A stretch of 64,000 bases of DNA from Chiloscyllium plagiosum (Eukaryota): the NCBI RefSeq assembly GCF_004010195.1, contig NC_057749.1, forward strand, positions 18,965,538 through 19,029,537, given 5' to 3'. Under the pieces are notes generated by a model that saw only the letters and a program-made list of their open reading frames with translations, was not told where the DNA came from and made no database searches. This document shows positions 50,791 through 63,392 of the stretch, in pieces (within the stretch, counting starts at the first letter, position 1; each line of letters opens with the position of its first letter). Both the position numbers and the translations under genes were made by a program.

Positions 50791-52799
50791 TCTTGGAGCA
50801 GGATGATAGGAGTTGCTCTGTTTTTCTGTGTTTCTAAAGTGAAAGGTTACTTTGACTCCACGTAGTTCCCTGAGACAGCATTCTCCCAAATGATACTGAT
50901 CAAGTCCAAGTATTGCATCTGCCTATTTCGTAGACTGTATGCAACTAGCAGTCTCAAACTGCAACCTAGATACTAACGGCTGAGTATGTACAATCATAGG
51001 TGTCATGCTGAGTCTTGGTAAGTAGAGTACAAAATGAATAATTATATGCGCTTGATTTTAGATTTAATTAGTCGTAAAAATAAACAGTTTATTCTGTATT
51101 TTCTTCAGGGCGGATCCTGGGTTGTACTCAAATTCAGAAAGTGATCTTGTGCTTAAAAACAGGTGTACATTGTATAGTGTGTGTCTGTGATGCACATATG
51201 GTGTGTTCTGAAGGAGCAAAGTGTTTGGAATGAGAAACCGAGGAAGGAAAATTTAGCTGCCACAGTTAACTGCAAGTGGTCGAGTTCAGCTCAGTTGTCT
51301 GCGCTCAACCAAAACTGATACAGTTGGAAGGAAGAAATATTTTAATATTACTTGATGGGCTGCTGATTGCACATTGTATACCAGTGTAAAAAATGTAGCC
51401 TCTAAATTCAATTTTTATACTATAAAACTGAACTGAATCTGCTTCAATCCTTCAGTATTTTCACTGTGATCCAATATGAAAATCTCTCCTATAACTAGTG
51501 GTCTGCATGCCGTGAAGTTGCCTGAAAATTCTATAATGCAGTTTAAGGCAGAGCCACACCTCCATTAAAAGGGACAGTTGCCATGGTACCAATCCACTGG
51601 TGTTCCTTTGCATTCCATAAGAAACAGTATGTTGGAAATAAAGTTAGAGATCCATTATAAATCTCTATGTTGTTCTGGAAGGACTTATTACTAAAATTTC
51701 CATAATATAATAGACACCAATTTTTGGCAATCAAAGCATTACCTTGATTAGGCTAGAGATGTCTATAATATCTATTTATTTCAAAATTATATGATAAACA
51801 ATTTTCTTTACATTGTTTGAAGATAATTCAGTTACCAAAACTAGGCTGTCATGTTGTCAGTGAGCTTGAAGGAGATAACCGAAGAGATTGTGATGGCAAT
51901 GATGGAGATCTTTCCGGAATCACTACACAGTACCAAATTTGATGTAAAATGCTCTCAGGTTACAGAACGTGTTGTGGTATTTAAAAAAAATCTTCAAAGC
52001 AGTCAATGAACTCCTCATCCAAGCTGCTTTGCCAAGTTAGTTTTTTTTTGGTTTATATGTAGTTTAGAGTCACTAATAATTGCTACGATCTCTTTATCAC
52101 AAACACTCAATATTTCCTCTTGTATACTTTGTCCCTCATTGTGATTACTGTTAGGTGGCAACTCTAAATTAGAAAATTCTTTCCAAACTGTTCTTCAACT
52201 CCATCCCGAAGGATTCTACATAATGTTCTGACCAAGGGTTGTTTCTGACCATTGCTACCCTTGATTAACCATGCCGTGCCTGTACTTTTACCTAGCCTTC
52301 CATTCATCCTGAATGTCTCATATTCAGGACCCAATGTTGTCAACCTATAACAGCTACTCCATACTGGCTATCAGATCACAGTTATTTATCTCAGTGTGTG
52401 CTATCAATTTGTTTATTTTATGAATGCTGCGTGCATTCAGATACAGAGCCTTTAGTTTTGTCCTACTGTTACCTTTGTAACATCTAGTCTTGATTGTTGG
52501 TGCATTCTTGGGTTTTCCCTCTCTGTTCCTTCCTGGTATACTCTGACTTTCATTTTCTATAGTAGCATTGGCCTTTTCACGTTGCCTTTACTCTTTGCTA
52601 TACTGCAGCTTTCTACTTTTGATCTCTTGACCCACTAATTTATTTTAAATTCTCTCTACTACCCTATTTATGCAGTTGACAAAGACACTAATTCTAGCAT
52701 GATTCAGGTATAAACTGTCTCAACAGTTTGCCCCCAACTGGTGCCAGTGCCCCACGGACTGGAACCCATTTCTCTTTGTTCCAAGTATTCATCTTTCTA

Positions 52800-53326
52800 T
52801 GTTCGTCGAGCTGGGAAGTTGATTTGCAGATGTTTCATCCCCTGTCTAGGTGACATCTTCAGTGCTTTACTGTGAAGCGCTGCTGTACTGTCTCTTCTGG
52901 AATTTATTTGGTTCCGTTTCTGCTGCTTCCGGTTCCGGTTGGTGGTTGTTATATTGGGTCGAGATATATGTGCTTGTTGATGGAGTCTGTGGATTAGTGC
53001 CATGCTTCTAGAAATTCTCTGGCTGTCCTATGTTTAGCTTGTTCTATGATCGTTGTGTTGTCCTAGTCGAATTTATGGTCCTTGTCATCTATGAGTATGA
53101 CTACTAGGGACAGCTTGTTATGGTGTTTCGTGGCTGGTTGGTGTTCGTGGTTGTGGATTGCTAGTTATCTGCCTGTTTGCCCGAAATAGTGTTTCGTGCA
53201 GTCTTTGCCAAGGCTCTGAAGATGTCACCTAGACAGGACACGAACCATCTGCAAATCAACTCTCAGCTCAGTGAATATACACACAACCACAACAACCAGC
53301 AACCAAGCTACAAATCTTTGCATACC
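52800..53326 (-). mobile_element. Penelope-like element (Poseidon-type) GIY-YIG fragment with inverted terminal repeat
   Basis: Minus-strand KDCTKHYFGQTGR...HEHQPATK...HKFD*DNTTII...AREFLEAWH; inverted repeat about 52801-52866 vs 53212-53276. Confidence 0.82.
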
Positions 53327-53354
53327 TTCTCAGCATCTCAGCAAATCTCAGCAT

Positions 53355-53658
53355 CTGCTGCTTCACAGCGCCAGAGACCCGGGTTCAATTCCCGCCTCAG
53401 GCGACTCTCTGTGTGGAGTTTGCACATTCTCCCCGTGTCTGCGTGGGTTTCCTCCGGGTGCTCCGGTTTCCTCCCACAATCCAAAAATGTGCAGGTTAGG
53501 TGAATTGGCCATGCTAAATTGCCCGTAGTGTTAGGTGAAGGGGTAAATGTAGGAGAATAGGTCTGGGTGGGTTACGCTTCGGCGGGTCGGTGTGGACTTG
53601 TTGGGCCGAAGGGCCTGTTTCCACACTGTAAGTAATCTAATCTAATCTAATCTAATCT
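53355..53658 (+). mobile_element. 5'-truncated HE1-like V-SINE with (TAATC)n tail
   Basis: Lacks the A-box head; B box, V-domain and tail intact. Confidence 0.92.
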
Positions 53659-53672
53659 TATTCGTCTTTCTA

Positions 53673-54400
53673 ATTTTATGTGTCTGTGCCAAGTTATATA
53701 CAGCTCAGGTAAAAATGCAGAAATTATAACCTTGGGAGTTTTTTTAACATAGTGCCTGGCTCATACTCTCTATAAGGTGTTCTACCTGTGTAGGTAACTA
53801 CATGGATCTTGGCCACTGGGTACTTCTCCTCCTCCCATTGCAAGGGCTTGTCCAGCACTGATCAAATATCCTTGAACCCTGGCACCAGAGTAGGCAATAC
53901 AGTTGCCTCGACCACTTGCTGTTTGCTGCAAAGAACAATATCAATCTCGATTGCTGTACTATACCCCACAACCACTGTGTTCCTTTTTTCCCCTCCCACT
54001 TTAATGCCTTCCTGTCCCATGATGCCAGTGGCAGTTTGCTCATTCACCTTGCAAGCTGAGAGAACCTCCAACCTCTTGGACAGTTGGCAAGGCTAACACA
54101 CCTGCTCTCTGGATCCCCTTAGTGGCTTCACTCACAGTCACCCCCTTCTGTCCCTGATCACTGATCAGGTCATAAGATCCTAGCTTAAGCAGTTTGCTTC
54201 CTGGTACAAAGTCCCAGTAATGTTCTCCCTTTCTGATGCATTGCGGTGTCTATAGTTCAATCTCCATCTCATAAACCCCAAACCAAATCTGCTTGAATTT
54301 CAAAAACTTGCTGCAGTCTGCCCTGGATCACAAGAGTACCCCAAAGCACCCAAGTGCTGAAGTCTTCACAGATTACCTGTCCTGTCATTGGTTATGTGTT
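53673..54400 (-). mobile_element. Old CR1 ORF1 (esterase) remnant, continuing left of 52786 to about 52200
   Basis: ORF 53862..54071 RNTVVVGYS...ID.VLCS...PGFKDI resembles the GDS/LPGA esterase blocks. Confidence 0.6.
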
Positions 54401-54584
54401 TTAGTTGATTATTTAATCATATTGTCAGTCATTTATGCAATTTTTTAAAAAAATATATATTTTATTCACTTTGTCACCAATTTGTGTACTGTTTCAAAAC
54501 TTAAGGATAGAAGGTCCTTAACCACTTAGCAAGAGATAATTCCTTTGCATGTAGTACAGCAGAACCAATTCCTACAGGCAAGTA

Positions 54585-55935
54585 ATGAGGTATTCCAAGA
54601 TGGAGGACGGGAAAAATTTCTGGCTGTAAGAGCTACTTTTTTTTTGAGGTATTTTAGGTGCTGGAGGTGATTTCCTCGAATTCCAGGAGCAGCAATTACT
54701 GTTTTATATGCTGTTGCATTGTTTTGGAACTTTGGGGAAAAAAAAGTCAAAACAACAGCAGTTTAAAAGGGAGAAGAGCAGACAAAGGAAGCACGTGGTG
54801 AGGACAGTGCAGGAGAGAGAGAACCTGCACAGTTACCACCTTTGCTGTTTGAATTTGTGTACCGCTGGACATCAGAGTGCATTTGGGAAAATTAACAAAC
54901 AGTGAAATTCACAACTAATCTTGGAGGAACTGTTGGGCGAAGTTCACAGCACAGAATTAGATAAGTTAATTGTTGTTTTAAGTCTGTCCAAGAGAAAGGC
55001 TGCAGTAGTGAGTATAGTGGATTCTTTCTTGATTATGTTTTTGGAGATAAGTCTCTTGATTAAAATTAAAATGTAAGCCATAGCTATTAATTTAACCTGG
55101 GGCAGTGTTTGTAGAGGAATAAGACGGTTTTATTTTCTGGTTCTGCAGATTGTGAAGGAGCAAAAATGGCCTTTGCAGTGATAAAGTACTTCTTGTCAGA
55201 TGTGGGAGTTTAAAGAGAGTTTAAGGGTTACTGCGGATTATATCTTCCATAAATGCTGTTGGATATGAATCTTATCAGATCGAGTGGATCAGTTGGAGAG
55301 ACTGATAGAAGCGATGAGGAATTTGCAACAGCAACAGTATGTGATGGATGGCAGTTATAGGAAGGAGGGAAGTCTCAGATAGAGTCACATAGATGGATTA
55401 ACTCCAGGAAGGGTGAGAGAGGTTGGCACCTAGGGCAGGAGTCTTTTGTGGATTTCAAACAGGTATGCTGTTTTGGAAAATGTAGGGAGTGATGGATTCT
55501 CAGGGGAACGTAGCACGGACAGCCAAGTTTCCGATATTGAGACTGGCTCTAATGCAACGAGGGGTACGTCGGCTTCCAAGAGATCAATTGTGTTAGGGGA
55601 TTCTGTAGTCAGAGGTACAGATAGATGTTTCTGTGGCCAGCAGAGAAAAAGCAGAATGTTGTGTTGTTTCCCTGGTGCCAGGATCAAGGATGCCTCAGAG
55701 AGGGTGCAGAATGTTCTCATGGGGGAGAGGGGCCAGCAGGAGGTCACTGTCCACATTGGAACCAACGACATTGGAAGGGAAAAGGTTGAGACTCTGAAGG
55801 GAGATTACAGAGAGTTAGGCAGAAATTTAAAAAGGAGGTTCTCAGATGAATACATGGCTGAGGAGTTGGTGTATGGGAGAAGGATTCACATTTTTGGATC
55901 ATTGGAATCTCTTTTGGGGTAGAAGTGACCTGTAC
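54585..55935 (+). mobile_element. CR1 LINE 5' end: 5' UTR and ORF1 (zinc-finger/leucine zipper and SGNH esterase)
   Basis: SCQMWEF...DYI.HKC...LSDRVDQLERLIEAMR; ORF 55446..55922 ISNRYAVL, IVLGDSVVRG, CCFPGARIKD, VHIGTNDI. Confidence 0.92.
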
Positions 55936-55936
55936 A

Positions 55937-56235
55937 ACCTCTGCCTGAAAAAGTTACCCTTAGATCCCTTTTAGGTCTTTCTCCTTCATTTTAAATCTAT
56001 GCCCTCTAGTTTTGGATTCTCCAACTCTGGGCCTTAGCTAATCACTCTATCCATGTCCCTCATGATTTTATAAACTTCTATAAAGTCACCTCTCAGCCTC
56101 CGACGTGCCAGGGAAAATAGCTCCAGCCTATTTATTCTCTCGCTAAAGCTTAAATTCTCCAACCCTGGCAACATCATTGTAAATCTTTTTTGCACCCTTT
56201 CAGGTTTCACAGCATCTTTCCTATAGCAGGGAGAC
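55937..56235 (-). mobile_element. CR1 RT C-terminal fragment
   Basis: ERVQKRFTMMLPGLE...LFSLARRRLRGDFIEVYKIM. Confidence 0.88.
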
Positions 56236-56599
56236 AGGTGCAAGTGCAGGGAGAAAAGTTGTTTAAAAATGTTCAAAAGTTTATTGGGATTGTTAAATGG
56301 TAGCACAGAGTACACGAGCAAAGACATCATGATAACTTTGCACATGGTGATGGTTAGTTCTCAATTACAGTACAGTGTGCAGTTTTAGGTGTTCTCTTAA
56401 AGAATGGACAATAAGAATTTAGGCAGATACTAGGTACACGGATTAGAAACTGCAAGCATGAGGGGAGATTTGAGATACAGGAACCATTTACACTAGAACA
56501 GGGAAGGCAACTTAACAGTAGTATTAATAATTATAAAGAGTTTTGGACAAAGTAGAAGATGTATTTTGTTGGAATGAAGAAGCCTTATTAATTCAAAAT

Positions 56600-57485
56600 T
56601 GTTCACCTTCTGCAGGAACTGTTCCCTCTGGGACTCCCTGGTCAACTCTGCCTTTACTCCTAACACCCCAATGCAGCCCCATGGCACCTACTCCTGCAAC
56701 CGCCGAAGGTGTAGCACCTGCCCATTTACCTCCTCCCACCTCAGTATCTAAGGGCCCAAACATACCTTTCAGGTGAAGCAGCACTTTACCTGCACTTCTC
56801 ACAAACTAGTCTAGTGCATTCACTGCTCACAATGTGGTCTCCTCAACTTTGGAGAAACAAAGTGTAAACTGGGCGACTGCTTCACAAAACATCCATGTTC
56901 TGTCTGCAAAAAAGACCCTGAGCTTGTAGTTTCCTGCAACTTTAACACACCACCCTGTTCCCTGGCTAACATCTCTGTCTCAGACTTGCTGCAGTATTCC
57001 AGCGAGTTCAGCGCAAGCTGGAAAGACAACACCTCATTTTCCACTTGGAGAACCTACAGCCTTCTGGATTCAATATCGAGTTCAATAATTTTAGGGCCTG
57101 AACTCCCCCATGTTCTAGCCCCCTACTACACACTCTAGGCCTTATTATCACATAGTCTGCTATTACGCACTACTTATTGTTAGCCACTAACAGACTCCAT
57201 TAACAACTATTCACCCTCCCAGCCGGATCATTATTGACTCCTTTGTCTGTCCAACTATTCTCTCTCTTTTTGGGCTCTATCCCCACCTATCATTTACTCC
57301 TTAGCCTATTTTCTGCATATAAACTGACATTTTCATAGCTACCATCAATTCTAAGGAAGGGTTATCATACCCAAAATGTTAATTTTGATTCCTTTTCACA
57401 GATGCTGCCAGACCAGCTGAGCCTTTACAGCAACTTCTGTTTATGTTTCTGATTTACAGCATCTATAGACCTTTTGGTTTTTATT
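56600..57485 (+). mobile_element. Decayed Penelope-like element (Neptune-type) GIY-YIG and terminal repeat
   Basis: GTYSCNRRRCSTCPFTS...FTCTSHKLV*CIHCSQCGLLNFGETK. Confidence 0.8.
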
Positions 57486-57651
57486 TATTCAGAGTTGTTG
57501 GAGAATTCAATGCTTGTCCACAGATGGCAATTAAAGGATAAAATATTTCAATGCTTTACGAAAAGGCAGTTGATCACTCTATCATCACCTCATTAAACAC
57601 CTGATGGTGGGTTTTCCCTCCAGGCCTCTACTTCAGTTGAATTTATAAATA

Positions 57652-57990
57652 AAAGCAAATTACTACGGATGCTGGAACTGAAACCAAAAGAGAAAATGCG
57701 GGAAAATCTCAGCAGGTCTGGCAGCATCTGTAAGGAGAGAAAAGAGCTGACGTTTCGAGTCTAACTGACCCTTTGTCAAAGCTGGAGACAAAAAGGTCGA
57801 GGAAAGGAAGGCAAGTGTCCGAGATGGACCAGGTGAAGGTGATGGAGGGATGGAAACTGGAAGCGAAGTTTATGAATTTTACCAGGTCAGGACGAGAGCA
57901 TGAAGCTGCACTGAAATAGTCATCGATGTACCGATAAAGCAGTTGTGGGAGGGGACCCAGGTAGGCCTGGAACAAGAAATGTTCCACACA
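57652..57990 (-). mobile_element. Penelope-like RT fragment fused to a terminal repeat
   Basis: ORF 57709..58014 LLYRYIDDYF...FASSFHPSITFTWSISDTCLPFLDL. Confidence 0.85.
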
Positions 57991-58502
57991 GTTTAAGAAG
58001 GGCGGTAAAGACAAGCCAGGGAACTATAGACCGGTGAGCCTGACCTCGGTGGTGGGCAAGTTGTTGGAGGGAATCCTGAGGGACAGGATGTACATGTATT
58101 TGGAAAGGCAAGAACTGATTCGGGATAGTCAACATGGCTTTGTGCGTGGGAAACCATGCCTCACAAACGCAATTGAATTTTTTTAAGAAATAACAAAGAA
58201 GATTGATGAGGGCAGAGCAGTAGATGTGATCTATATGGACTTCAGTAAGGCGTTCAACAAGGTTCCCCATGGGAGACTGATTAGCAAGATTAGATCTCAT
58301 GGAATACAGGGAGAACTGGCCATTTGGATATAGAACTGGCTCAAAGGTAGAAGACAGAGGGTGGTGGTGGAGGGTTGTTTTTCAGACTGGAGGCCTGTGA
58401 CCAGTGGAGTGCCACAAGGATTGGTGCTGGGCCCTCTACTTTTTGTCATTTACGTAAATGATTTGGATGCGAGCCTAAGAGGTACAGTCAGTAAGTTTGC
58501 AA
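57991..58502 (+). mobile_element. CR1/HER1-like RT fragment
   Basis: FKKGGKDKPGNYRPVSLT...DFSKAFNKVPH...[21 protein letters not shown]...KFA. Confidence 0.92.
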
Positions 58503-58873
58503 AAGTAAATGTCTCCTTTCCTTCCGCCTCTTTTTTTAAAAAAATATTCATTCACAGGATTTGGGCGTCTCTAGCCAGACCAGCATTGTTTGCTCATCCC
58601 TATTTGCCCAAAGGGCATTAAGTGTCAACCACATTGCTATGGGCTGAAGTCAGATGTAGGTCAGAATAGGTAAGGACAGCAATTTTTTTTATACCTTAAA
58701 AGACATTAGTGAACCAGATGGATTTTCCCTGATAATTGACAATGGTTTCATGGTCATCATTAAACTCCTAATTCCAGATATTTATTGGATTCAAATTCCA
58801 TCATCTATCACAGCAAGGTTTGAATCCAGATCCTCAGAAATTTACCAGGTTCTCTGGATTAATAGTCAAGTGT

Positions 58874-59181
58874 GGGTGGCACGGTGGCACAGTGGTTAGC
58901 ACTGCTGCCTCACAGCGCCAGAGACCCGGGTTCAGTTCCCGCCTCAGGCGACTGACTGTGTGGAGTTTGCACGTTCTCCCCGTGTCTGCGTGGGTTTCTT
59001 CCGGGTGCTCCGGTTTCCTCCCACAGTCCAAAGATGTGCAGGTCAGGTGAATTGGCCATGCTAAATTGCCCATAGTGTTAGGTAAGGGGTAAATGTAGGG
59101 GTATGGGTGGGTTGCGCTTCGGCGGGTCGGTGTGGACTTGTTGGGCCGAAGGGCCTGTTTCCACACTGTAAGTAATCTAAT
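58874..59181 (+). mobile_element. Full-length HE1-like V-SINE
   Basis: Near-identical to the reverse complement of 10425-10758. Confidence 0.93.
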
Positions 59182-60230
59182 TTTATCTGATAATACCACT
59201 CAGCCATCTCCCTCCCCATCACTGAACTCTCCAGTCACCAAACACTCAGGTTTACACTCCATTTCCTCAACTGCTCCCATTTACATCAGATGTATATTTG
59301 CAGCAGTCTCAGTGGCTTTTGAACAAATTAAGACAAAACTGGAAGCTATACTTGATCTGTACTGTGTTAGCAGTTGTGTGTTAGCCCATTCTAATGATGT
59401 CCTTTTATCTTTAATAATATCAACTTGTGTGGAAATATTTGCAGAAGAGTGTGATCCTTCACATTATCATTATTTACATTGTTATGCCAACATGCTCTTC
59501 ACCTGTTCACAGGGTTCAGTGTACATTTGAGCTAAGAGGTCTGGGTTCCAGTCCTGTCTGCTCCAGGGGTGTGTCATAGAATGCCTGACCAAGTTAATTA
59601 AAATAACTATAGAATGATGGTCTATAAATATGAGTGATCGTGGCTAATTTAACATTCAAATTAAAGCTGCTCACATGTGGCACTTGGAGGCCAGCAGTAA
59701 GGAGCTTTTTGTTTCACTGCGCAGATTAGGAATTTTTCAATCTAGTCACGGTCAGAGAGGGAAGACTTGCCCCTTAAATATATTGCTGATTCAGTATTTT
59801 TGGAAAATATGAAAGAGCATGCTAAATGAGAGACAAAAGCTAGGTGAGAGAATAATGAGGTTTGACAAGAGCTGACTCCATCAATGGAGTGTTTCAGCTG
59901 TAAAAGGTTGATTCTATGTGAGAATAAGTGGATATTTATTAGTTTTCAGCAGAATCCCATAGTTCACATTTAGGAAGCTCAAAGTTGTACGTTTAATTTG
60001 TGCCCTACAGAGATAGTATCCTGGTCTTGTGTTATTGGTGTTTGCTACCCGCGTGCTACCATCAATCCCCCTCGTGGCACTCTGTTAAAGTAAGACCAAG
60101 AATTTAAGTAACAATGCGGTATTAACATGTTTCTATTCCTGTCTATATTGAGAGTTTTCTTTTTTTAGTTATGGTAGCTAACAGCAACTATGGAATATGT
60201 GGTAGCAGCACAGTGATCTATTCATACTGT

Positions 60231-60550
60231 GAGGCAGCGTGGTGGCTTAGTGGTTAGCACTGCTGCCTCACAGTGCCAGGGACCTGGGTTACTGTCCGTG
60301 TGGAGTTCGCACATTCTCCCCGTGTCTGCATGGGTTTCCTCCGGGTGCTCCAGTTTCCTCCCACAATCCAAAGATGTGCAGGTCAGGTGAATTGGCCATG
60401 TTACGTTGCCCACAGTGCTCAGGGATGTGTAAGCTAGGTGCATTAGTTAGGGGAAATGTGAAGATTTGGGTCTGAGTGGGATACTCCTTGAAGGGTCGGT
60501 GTTGACTTGTTGGGACTAATGGTCTTTTTCCACACTGTAGGGATTCTAAT
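60231..60550 (+). mobile_element. Older HE1-like V-SINE
   Basis: A-box head, V-domain, CR1-like tail, internal deletion after the B box. Confidence 0.85.
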
Positions 60551-63274
60551 CCATAATTTCATTTTCACTGGAGAGAAGTGCCGGTAGTGGTATAAAATAC
60601 AGTGAAAGATAACATGGATTGATTTCTTGTCTACTTTGGCAGCTGCCCTGAACAAATAGCATTTGATTGTTGATAAATTACATCACTAGTAACTGATGAA
60701 GACATAATCCAGTTGGCCACTGCTGTTCTTGGCTGAGGATTGTTTTATTTTAAATTACCTGCACCACTTAGACAAAAACCCACAAAGGTTCTGTGTTAGT
60801 GTGCTGTATCATGGAATGACCTGAGGCATGTTGTATTTTCTGAGCAAAATTGCTAGCTGTGCCATTGCAAAGAATTACTCATTCAGGTACAAAACAAAGA
60901 TAGGTCAACATGTGCTGTCACACCTCACAAGGTGATTTTCAGATGGTGTTCTGAGAGCAACTGCTTGGTACAAGAGGTTTATAAGATGAAAAGAAATATT
61001 AATTTGAAATGAACTTTCATATGCAGCCTAGAGTCAAATTTGGTTAATCTGTCAACAAAAACAATATTGCGTATTAAAAATCTGGACTGACTATTTTAAC
61101 ACCGTTTCGATTTGTCAACTGGTAATTGCAAGATTAAGAAGTTGTATCAAACTATTGCAACAATAGTTTGGCCAAAAGAATTTAATTACCTCCTGACTCT
61201 CTCAATTGGATCGCAAAGCACAGGTACTGTTCCAATAATGAGTACATCACACAACTATGGAAGTTCAGTTATTGAAGGCATTTGCTCTTTCTGAATCTTG
61301 GGTTCTTGTGGTTTTGAATTGCTGCACAGTTGTTTGACGTGACAATTTGTGAAGTTCAAGTTTTGGGTATGCAGTAAACAATAAGGCTGTGATGCATTCT
61401 TCCACAGTCTACCATCCCTATAAATTGTTGAACTAATGAACAAATTTTTTTTAAAGCCCCAGTTCTTATGCACTGCCGAAGTCCTTGCTCATCATCTGTG
61501 GCTGATTGGGACTCCAACTGATTACAGTGTGTTCAACAATATGCACTCTGCTCATTAAAATTTTGAACAGCTGAGGCAGCTTTAGGGACTCTAGTGTTAA
61601 GCTTGGAAAGCTGTGGAAGCTCAGAGGAATGAAACTGGGATTCTTCCATCCCTCTTCAGCAACAGCCTGGTGCATTCATATTTTTGCCAACTAATCTCAT
61701 CCAGTTTCATGAGCACAGTGTACTTCTGTTGTCAACGACAACAATTGTTTTATTCATTTACCTGATGTGTGTCACTGGCAAAGCCATAATTTATTGCCCA
61801 TCACTAATTATTCTCGAAAACGTAGTGGTGACCCATCTTGAATAACTAATTGTCATACTCGACCATTTTGAGAACAACAGAGTCGATCATATTGCTGAGA
61901 GTCTGGTGTCACATATAGGCAAGATCAGGTAAGAACAGATTTCCTAAATGACATTAAGGAACCAAGGTAGTTTTCATTTTCTGATAATTTAATAGTTTCA
62001 TGATAACAATTACTGATAGTTTTTTATTTCAGATTTGGTTCACTGAATTTAAATTCCCAGCTATCAATTCTTAATAATTCTCCCTGTGGGATGTAGGTGT
62101 CGCTGAAAATGCTTGAAATGTTTGCCCATTCCTAATTGCCCTTGAACTAAGTGACTTTCTTAGCCATTTCGGAGAGCAGTTAAGACTCGACCACACTTGC
62201 TGTAGGTCTGGATTCACCAGGTAAGGATGGTATATTACCTTCCCTAAAGGACATTGTTTTTGCGACAATCAATGATTGGTTGCCAACATTTTATATTGTC
62301 GTTGAATTAAAATTCTGGTAGTTACTATGGTGGGATTCAAACATGTGTCCCCAGGACATTAGCCTGGGCCTCTGAATTCCTAGTCCAAAGATATCACCAC
62401 TACACAGTCATCTGCCCAAAGTAGTGGGATTTGAACTCATGTCTCCAGACTGTTACTCAAAACTTGTGGATTACCCCTATGTTCAAGTGACAGTACCACC
62501 AAGCCCTTATTTTAACATAATAAAATGTGCCAGTGTACTTCATAGAAGTGTTTTGAACAAAATTTGCTGCTGAGCTGTATAAGATGTATTAGACAGGCAA
62601 TTAATAGCTTGGATACAAAGATGTATTTTAAGCAGCATTTCAAAGAAAGTAGAAATACACAGGTTGAAGAAAGGGATAGAACCTACATTGCTGATAGTCA
62701 CTAATCAAAGTTAACAAAAATAAGTGAGGGCTGCATAAGAGATTACAATTGAAGGAACTCTGAGATATTCAAAGGTTATAAGGCTGGAGAATATGGAAGT
62801 GTTTGGGAGGGGCAAAGCTATGGATGCATTTGAACTGAGGATAGGTATCTTAAAACCAAGGCTTCGCCAGCCTGTGTCAATGCAGACCAGTGATTCCAGA
62901 GATTGAGAGATTGAAACTTGGAGCAAGTTAAGAAACATGTACCAAGTTTGACATTACATTTCATTGTTGTGCGAAGATTGGGGAACTAGTCCCCACAGAT
63001 TCAACTTGCTTAACAGAGTCTAATTGAGAATGAGCATTGCACCAGTATCTTGTGTTTAGAGTGGAAAACCAGCTGCCTTGGCCCTATTACAGCCTTACGG
63101 ACTGATTTTTCAGGTCAGTTTATGATTGAAATCTGGCTTTGTTCAAATTGTTGGTGTAGCCAAGGGAGGTGATCCAGAAGTGTGCCATCAGCTGCATTTC
63201 TAAAGTATGAAAAGATTTTGTGATGTCCACAAAATATCTTCACACAATGGTGCCCGTTAATGTTGTAATGTGCT

Positions 63275-63392
63275 GATATTTTTATTCTTTGTTCAGAGAT
63301 GTTATGACACAAGTCTGGGGCAGATGAGACTTGAACCAGGGCCTCCTTGGCCAGTGGCAGGGACACTGCCACTACACCACAAGTCCCGCTGT
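63275..63392 (-). mobile_element. Short tRNA-derived SINE-like repeat
   Basis: Reverse complement tgtggtgtagtggcagtgtccctg...ggttcaagtctcatctgccccaga...gtcataacatctctgaaca; relatives at about 47560-47675, 59525-59605, 5770-5875 and 63450-63520. Confidence 0.6.

Noticed and set aside
51153..51189. KNRCTLYSVCL as the PTP KNRY motif exon
   Set aside because: Lacks the Tyr and DV of KNRYxDV and ends in a stop; no LDQTRVKL follows
58874..58950. tRNA gene
   Set aside because: The A/B boxes belong to the SINE head and continue into the V-domain; no complete cloverleaf is evident
10466..59199. Recurrent peptides MWKQALRPNKST... and HGGTVVSTAASQRQRPGF... as a gene family
   Set aside because: Translations of V-SINE copies; no coding signal
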